Assembly: GCA_002281415.1 (NCBI GenBank)
Contig: NCFZ01000001.1
Location: 1 to 55,610, forward strand
Reading direction: 5' to 3'
Source: Burkholderiales bacterium 28-67-8
Lineage (GTDB): Bacteria > Pseudomonadota > Gammaproteobacteria > Burkholderiales > Burkholderiaceae_C
DNA: 55,610 nucleotides
Position numbers and translations under genes: made by a program. Position 1 is the stretch's first letter, and every line of letters begins with the position of its first letter. Shown in pieces: positions 51,554-55,610 of this stretch. The notes under the pieces are model-generated. The model was given only the letters and a program-made list of their open reading frames with translations. It ran no database searches and was not told the DNA's origin.

Positions 51554-52240
51554 TCACAACCGGGTGGAGTCATCGTCCCGATGCGCTTCAGGCGGGTGCG
51601 CCACATAGGGCCCGGTGCCGGCGTTGTCGGCTTCCGTCGCTGGCACGAAGCCTCCACGTTGCACATCGAAGACATGGATCTCGCCGTCCTCGATCACGTA
51701 GTGCCATCCATGCAGCGCCAGCACGCCAGCCTCGACGCGCTCTCTCACCATCGGATAGTCCATCAGCCGCTCTAGTTGAAGCACGACCGCGCGCTGCTCG
51801 GTCCGGCGTAGCACCTCGGGCCCGGGTTCGGCCACCGGCAATGCCGCTTCGCGCCCCAGTTCCAGCCATTGCGACAGGTGCTTGGCCGCCGCCGAGACTT
51901 CGCCGTACAGAGCCCTGATGGCACCGCAGTGGCTGTGTCCACAGACCACGATGCGCTTGACCGCGAGGTTGAGCACGGCAAATTCGATCGCCGCCGCCGT
52001 GCCGTGGAAGCCCTGGCTCTGGTCGTACGGCGGCACGAAGGCGCCCACGTTTCGCACCAGGAACAGTTCACCCGGCCCGGCACCGGTCAACAGGTAGGGC
52101 ACCAGACGCGAATCGCTGCAGCCGATGAACAGCGTCATCGGGTGCTGGCCATCGTCGACCAGCAACCGGAAGTGCGAACGGTGGGCCGGGAAGGCTTCGG
52201 TCTGGAAGCGCTGGAGACGCTGCAGCAGTTCGTCCGGCAC
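51554..52240 (-). CDS. Beta-class carbonic anhydrase
   Basis: Zinc ligands in FIGCSDSRLVP and VCGHSHCGAI. I chose GTG 52240 (AAGG RBS, 19 nt after the upstream stop). The track start at 52297 is a TTG inside the upstream gene. Confidence 0.8.
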   Translation of the reverse strand: MPDELLQRLQRFQTEAFPAHRSHFRLLVDDGQHPMTLFIGCSDSRLVPYLLTGAGPGELFLVRNVGAFVPPYDQSQGFHGTAAAIEFAVLNLAVKRIVVCGHSHCGAIRALYGEVSAAAKHLSQWLELGREAALPVAEPGPEVLRRTEQRAVVLQLERLMDYPMVRERVEAGVLALHGWHYVIEDGEIHVFDVQRGGFVPATEADNAGTGPYVAHPPEAHRDDDSTRL

Positions 52241-52259
52241 AGCTTGCCTTGCCCGGGGC

Positions 52260-53039
52260 CTACTGGACCAGGGGCGACGCCGCCGCCTCCAGGTCAACGC
52301 CGATCAGGGTGGCCGCGCCAGCCAGCAACTGAAGGTACTGACGCAGCGCGGTGGCAAAGGCCTGCTGACGCAAAGCCTGCGCCACGGCCGACTTCACCGC
52401 CTCGAACGACGGCTCCGTGCCCGGCTGCCGCGCCAAGACTTCGACCACATGCAGCCCGAAGCGGCTGTGCACCAGGCGAGGCAGCACGCCGACCTCAGGC
52501 TTGCCGAAGATCTCGCGCGCAAACTCCGGCGCACAGTCGTCGGCCGTCAACCAGCCCAAGGCGCCGCCGTCGGCGCCCGTGGGGCAGTTGGACGTGGACG
52601 ACGCCGCCACCGCGAATCGGTCCTCGCCACCGGGCTTTGCACATCGAACATCCAGCAGGCAGGCCTCTGCGCGCTGCCGCAGGGCGTTGACATCCACGCC
52701 CGGCGTGACAGCAAACAGCACGTGGCGGAGCTGCGCACGCTCACCCACCGCGTAGCGTCCGCGCTGGGCCGCGTGATGACGGCGCAGGGCATCTTCCGAA
52801 GGTTCGGGCAGCTTCAGCTCGCGGTCCAGCAGGGCTTCGATCGCCGTACTGGCTGCCTCGGTCATGGCGCCACCCAGAGGCAATGGATCGTCGACCGACA
52901 GCAGGCCTGCCTGAATGGCCTCCTGGCGCAGCAGTTCGGCACAGGCGCGCTGCCTCAAGGCTTCGGTCGTCAGCCCTTCATTGGGGTAGGACAACACAAC
53001 GCCATTGACCTGGGGAAGAACGGGAGTGGATGTGTTCAT
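52260..53039 (-). CDS. Parvulin-type peptidyl-prolyl isomerase (NifM-like, nar-associated)
   Basis: PpiC domain: RHVLFAV...GGALGWLTADDCAPEFAREIF...SRFGLHVVEV. It is the internal ATG of track ORF 52260..53498. Confidence 0.75.
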   Translation of the reverse strand: MNTSTPVLPQVNGVVLSYPNEGLTTEALRQRACAELLRQEAIQAGLLSVDDPLPLGGAMTEAASTAIEALLDRELKLPEPSEDALRRHHAAQRGRYAVGERAQLRHVLFAVTPGVDVNALRQRAEACLLDVRCAKPGGEDRFAVAASSTSNCPTGADGGALGWLTADDCAPEFAREIFGKPEVGVLPRLVHSRFGLHVVEVLARQPGTEPSFEAVKSAVAQALRQQAFATALRQYLQLLAGAATLIGVDLEAAASPLVQ

Positions 53040-53071
53040 GTTCTGGTCCTTCGTGTGGGGTGGCAGCGCGT

Positions 53072-53797
53072 TCAGCCTGCCCGGCGCGGCAGGTTTTGCC
53101 GGGCTGGCACGTTCAGCCTGCGGGCCCGCACCATCTGGTAGGGCCGGAACAGGTAGGCCACCGTGCCGAAGCCGCTCCACACGTGCACAAGCCGGCTGAA
53201 GGGGAACAGCAGAAAGATCGTCATGCCCAGCACCATGTGCACCTGGAAGTGCCACTCGATACCTGCCACGAGCGCAGCGTTGGGCTGGAAGAGCGCAATG
53301 CCCTGCAGGTACTCGGCCAGCCTGAGCATGGTGGTCGGCTCGGACACGTGATGCAGCGACGACGGCAGGGTCGACAGGCCGATGGCCAATTGCACCCACA
53401 GGATGACCAGGATGGCGATGTCGGTGCGGTGGCTGGTCAGGCGGATGCGTGGGTCGAACAGGCGACGATGCAGCAGCAGCGTCAGGCCGATGAAGCACAG
53501 GCCGCCGGCAACTCCGCCGGCGACCACCGCCAGCAACTGCTTCTGCGATGCGGTGACGGCCATCTCATACAGCCAGTGCGGCGTGAGTTGCCCGAACAGG
53601 TGGCCGAAGAACAGGAACAGGATGCCGCCGTGGAACAGGTTGCTGCCCAAGCGCAGCTGGCCCTGGCGCAACAACTGCGAGCTGTCACTCTTCCACGTGT
53701 ACTGGTCGCGGTCAAATCGCGCCAGGCTGCCCATGAAGAACACGGCCAGGCAGATGTAGGGATAAACGTTGAAGGTGAAGTTGTGGAGGGTGTTCAT
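53072..53797 (-). CDS. narI: Respiratory nitrate reductase gamma subunit
   Basis: MNTLHNFTFNVYPYICLAVFFMGSLARFDRDQYTWKSDSSQLL, with heme-ligand His residues and five TM segments. Confidence 0.9.
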   Translation of the reverse strand: MNTLHNFTFNVYPYICLAVFFMGSLARFDRDQYTWKSDSSQLLRQGQLRLGSNLFHGGILFLFFGHLFGQLTPHWLYEMAVTASQKQLLAVVAGGVAGGLCFIGLTLLLHRRLFDPRIRLTSHRTDIAILVILWVQLAIGLSTLPSSLHHVSEPTTMLRLAEYLQGIALFQPNAALVAGIEWHFQVHMVLGMTIFLLFPFSRLVHVWSGFGTVAYLFRPYQMVRARRLNVPARQNLPRRAG

Positions 53798-54507
53798 GCG
53801 GACGCTCCCGGCGAGGTTGGGGCGGCGTGGCGCACGGGGGCGCGCACGATCTGGATGGGTTGCGGCTGCCCGGGCCGCGCCTGGCCCTGCGTGGAACAGC
53901 CGTCGAACGCCATGGGTTCTGCCCAGCTCTCGTCCAGCTCCGGCTCGGCAGGCACGGCAACGGCTTGCGCCTTCTCGCCAGCCAGGTCCAGTAGCGCAGC
54001 CAGCACGCAGGCATGCGCAGATTCGCGCCGCAGCAGCGCGCTGAAGATCACCTGCAGGATGTGCGCGATCTCGCCCAGGAAGGCCCTGGCCTGGGCCGGC
54101 GGTTGGGTGGAGGCGTACTGCAGCACCACGGTCAGGTGGTCAGGGAGTTCACCCGGCGCCAGGAAGAGGCCGGCCGCCTCGTAGGTCTGGCACAGGTCGA
54201 CCATGGCCGGGCCGCGATCGCGGCTGTCACCGTGCACATGCTCGAACAGGTGCAGCGCCGTACCGCGGCCGCGGTCGAAGAGTTCGACGTGGTCGGCCTC
54301 CACGTCCAGTGGCCGGCGCCTGCCCAGACGCGAGATGAAGGCATCCAGTTCGGCCAGCCGGTCGGGACCGAGCGCGCCCTCGTCGTGCAGGGCAGCCTGC
54401 AATTCGGGCAAATGGGCCCGCAACTCGGCATCGGGATAGCTGAGCAGATGGGCCAGTACGCGCAGCGTCTTCGTCGCCGAAACGGGGGATGTGTTGAAGA
54501 AGCTCAT
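53794..54507 (-). CDS. narJ: Nitrate reductase molybdenum cofactor assembly chaperone
   Basis: Has LRVLAHLLSYPDAELRAHL, HVELFDRGRGTALHLFEHVHGDSRDRG and PDHLTVVLQY. Confidence 0.85.
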   Translation of the reverse strand: MSFFNTSPVSATKTLRVLAHLLSYPDAELRAHLPELQAALHDEGALGPDRLAELDAFISRLGRRRPLDVEADHVELFDRGRGTALHLFEHVHGDSRDRGPAMVDLCQTYEAAGLFLAPGELPDHLTVVLQYASTQPPAQARAFLGEIAHILQVIFSALLRRESAHACVLAALLDLAGEKAQAVAVPAEPELDESWAEPMAFDGCSTQGQARPGQPQPIQIVRAPVRHAAPTSPGASA

Positions 54508-54508
54508 G

Positions 54509-55610
54509 TCAGACCCCCGCCTTGATGGGAATGGTGCGCTTCTTCTCGCTGCCGAAGAGGCTGGTCTCGCTCACGCCTTCACTGCAGCCGTTGCCGAAGC
54601 TGAAGCCGCAGCCACCACGCACGTTGAACGCGTTCTCGGCATATTCGCGGTGGGTGGTGGGGATGACGAAGCGGTCTTCATAGTTGGCGATGGCCATCAC
54701 GCGGTACATCTCCTCGACCTGGTTGACGCTCAGCTTCACCTGGTCGATGGCCGCGTGGTTAGGGGTGCCATCCACATGCTTGGCACGTTGGTAGGCACGC
54801 ATGGCCAGCATGCGCTCCAGCGCGCCGACCACCGGCACCGTGTCACCGGCCGTCAGCAGGTTGGCGAGGTACTTGACCGGGATGCGCAGTTGGTTGACAT
54901 CTGGAATCTCGCCATTGGTGCCCACATGTCCCGCGTTGGCCGCAGCCGTGATGGGCGACAGCGGCGGCACGTACCAGACCATGGGCAGCGTGCGGTACTC
55001 GGGGTGCAGCGGCAGCGCCACCTTCCATTCCACCGCCATCTTGTAGACGGGGCTGTTGCGGGCGGCGTCCATCCAGTTGTCGGGAATGCCGTCGAGCTGG
55101 GCCTGGGCGATGACCTTGGGGTCGTTCGGGTCCAGGAAGATGTCGAGCTGAGCTTGGTACAGATCCTTGTCATGCTCGACGCTCGCCGCTTCCTGGATGC
55201 GGTCCGCGTCATACAGGAGCACGCCCAGGTAGCGGATACGGCCCACGCAGGTCTCGCTGCACACCGTGGGCTGGCCGGCCTCAATCCGCGGGTAGCAGAA
55301 GATGCACTTCTCGGCCTTTCCGCTCTTCCAGTTGTAGTAGATCTTCTTGTACGGGCAGCCGCTCACGCACATGCGCCAGCCGCGGCACTTGTCCTGGTCA
55401 ATGAGGACGATGCCGTCTTCTTCGCGCTTGTAGATTGAGCCCGAAGGGCACGATGCGACGCACGCCGGGTTCAGGCAGTGCTCGCACAGCCTGGGAAGGT
55501 ACATCATGAAGGTGTTCTCGAACTGGCCGTAGATGTCCTTCTGGATGTCGTCGAAGTTCTTGTCCTTGCTGCGCTTGCTGAACTCGCCGCCAAGGATCTC
55601 TTCCCAGTTC
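54509..55610 (-). CDS. narH: Respiratory nitrate reductase beta subunit (N-terminus beyond window edge)
   Basis: The frame stays open to 55610: NWEEILGGEFSKRSKDKNFDDIQKDIYGQFENTFMMYLPRLCEHCLNPACVASCPSG..., with FeS Cys clusters. The track entry 54509..55507 is only the part after an internal Met. Confidence 0.9.
   Translation of the reverse strand, partial: NWEEILGGEFSKRSKDKNFDDIQKDIYGQFENTFMMYLPRLCEHCLNPACVASCPSGSIYKREEDGIVLIDQDKCRGWRMCVSGCPYKKIYYNWKSGKAEKCIFCYPRIEAGQPTVCSETCVGRIRYLGVLLYDADRIQEAASVEHDKDLYQAQLDIFLDPNDPKVIAQAQLDGIPDNWMDAARNSPVYKMAVEWKVALPLHPEYRTLPMVWYVPPLSPITAAANAGHVGTNGEIPDVNQLRIPVKYLANLLTAGDTVPVVGALERMLAMRAYQRAKHVDGTPNHAAIDQVKLSVNQVEEMYRVMAIANYEDRFVIPTTHREYAENAFNVRGGCGFSFGNGCSEGVSETSLFGSEKKRTIPIKAGV

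Noticed and set aside
1-55610. A scan for rRNA, tRNA, CRISPR arrays, integron attC/attI sites and Tn3-type 38-bp ends.
   Set aside because: No cloverleaf-like or rRNA-like stretch, no regularly spaced direct repeats and no GGGG-initiated long terminal repeats were noticed. This was done by eye only, so short or degenerate elements could have been missed.

Overview
GC-rich (roughly two-thirds G+C by eye) proteobacterial DNA. The proteins look betaproteobacterial (Burkholderiales/Comamonadaceae-like), but that taxon call is inference only. The window is a mosaic of four blocks.

(1) 1-20.3 kb is a multi-metal resistance island. It holds an OmpR-type two-component system and a MerR(CadR)-controlled cadA operon chained to DUF3703 and a DsbB/DsbA-like pair. 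It also holds a czcE-like gene and a CsoR-type repressor, followed by a CusA-like RND system in the order adaptor, pump, DUF3240, outer-membrane factor. The block ends with a Cys-less P1B-type ATPase, a DUF2846 lipoprotein, a DMT transporter with a His-rich tail, DUF302, a ZIP transporter and two small periplasmic proteins.

(2) 20.3-25.6 kb is a scarred accessory stretch. An intact IS3-family element with a 3-bp target duplication splits an AhpD-like gene. Next come a 5'-truncated hydrolase, a TlpA-like thiol oxidoreductase, two SAM methyltransferases, DUF202 and a truncated flavoprotein oxidoreductase.

(3) 25.7-42.4 kb is a VirB/VirD4-type type IV secretion locus on the minus strand. Gene order is kikA/trbM-like, virB1-B4, a 144-aa orf, B6, a B5-like gene, B8-B11, virD4, an OmpA-domain lipoprotein and an LPD7-like protein. 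A divergent HTH + receiver regulator and an unknown 235-aa protein follow. No relaxase or integrase is present in the window.

(4) 42.7-55.6 kb is an NO/nitrate block. It contains nnrS-DUF2249-fdxA-ccoG divergent from nsrR-hemerythrin with NsrR-type boxes, then nitroreductase-narL-narX-sirB2, and the tail of a nar operon (narH partial, narJ, narI, parvulin PPIase, beta-carbonic anhydrase).

I saw no rRNA, tRNA or CRISPR array. The points most worth a second look are:
- the atypically organised, relaxase-less T4SS and its accessory genes;
- a 56-bp control module present twice with base-exact spacing;
- the Cys-less P1B ATPase;
- the tri-domain HTH-REC regulator;
- the NsrR-linked nnrS/DUF2249/fdxA/ccoG operon.

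All family assignments come from reading motifs by eye, with no database search.
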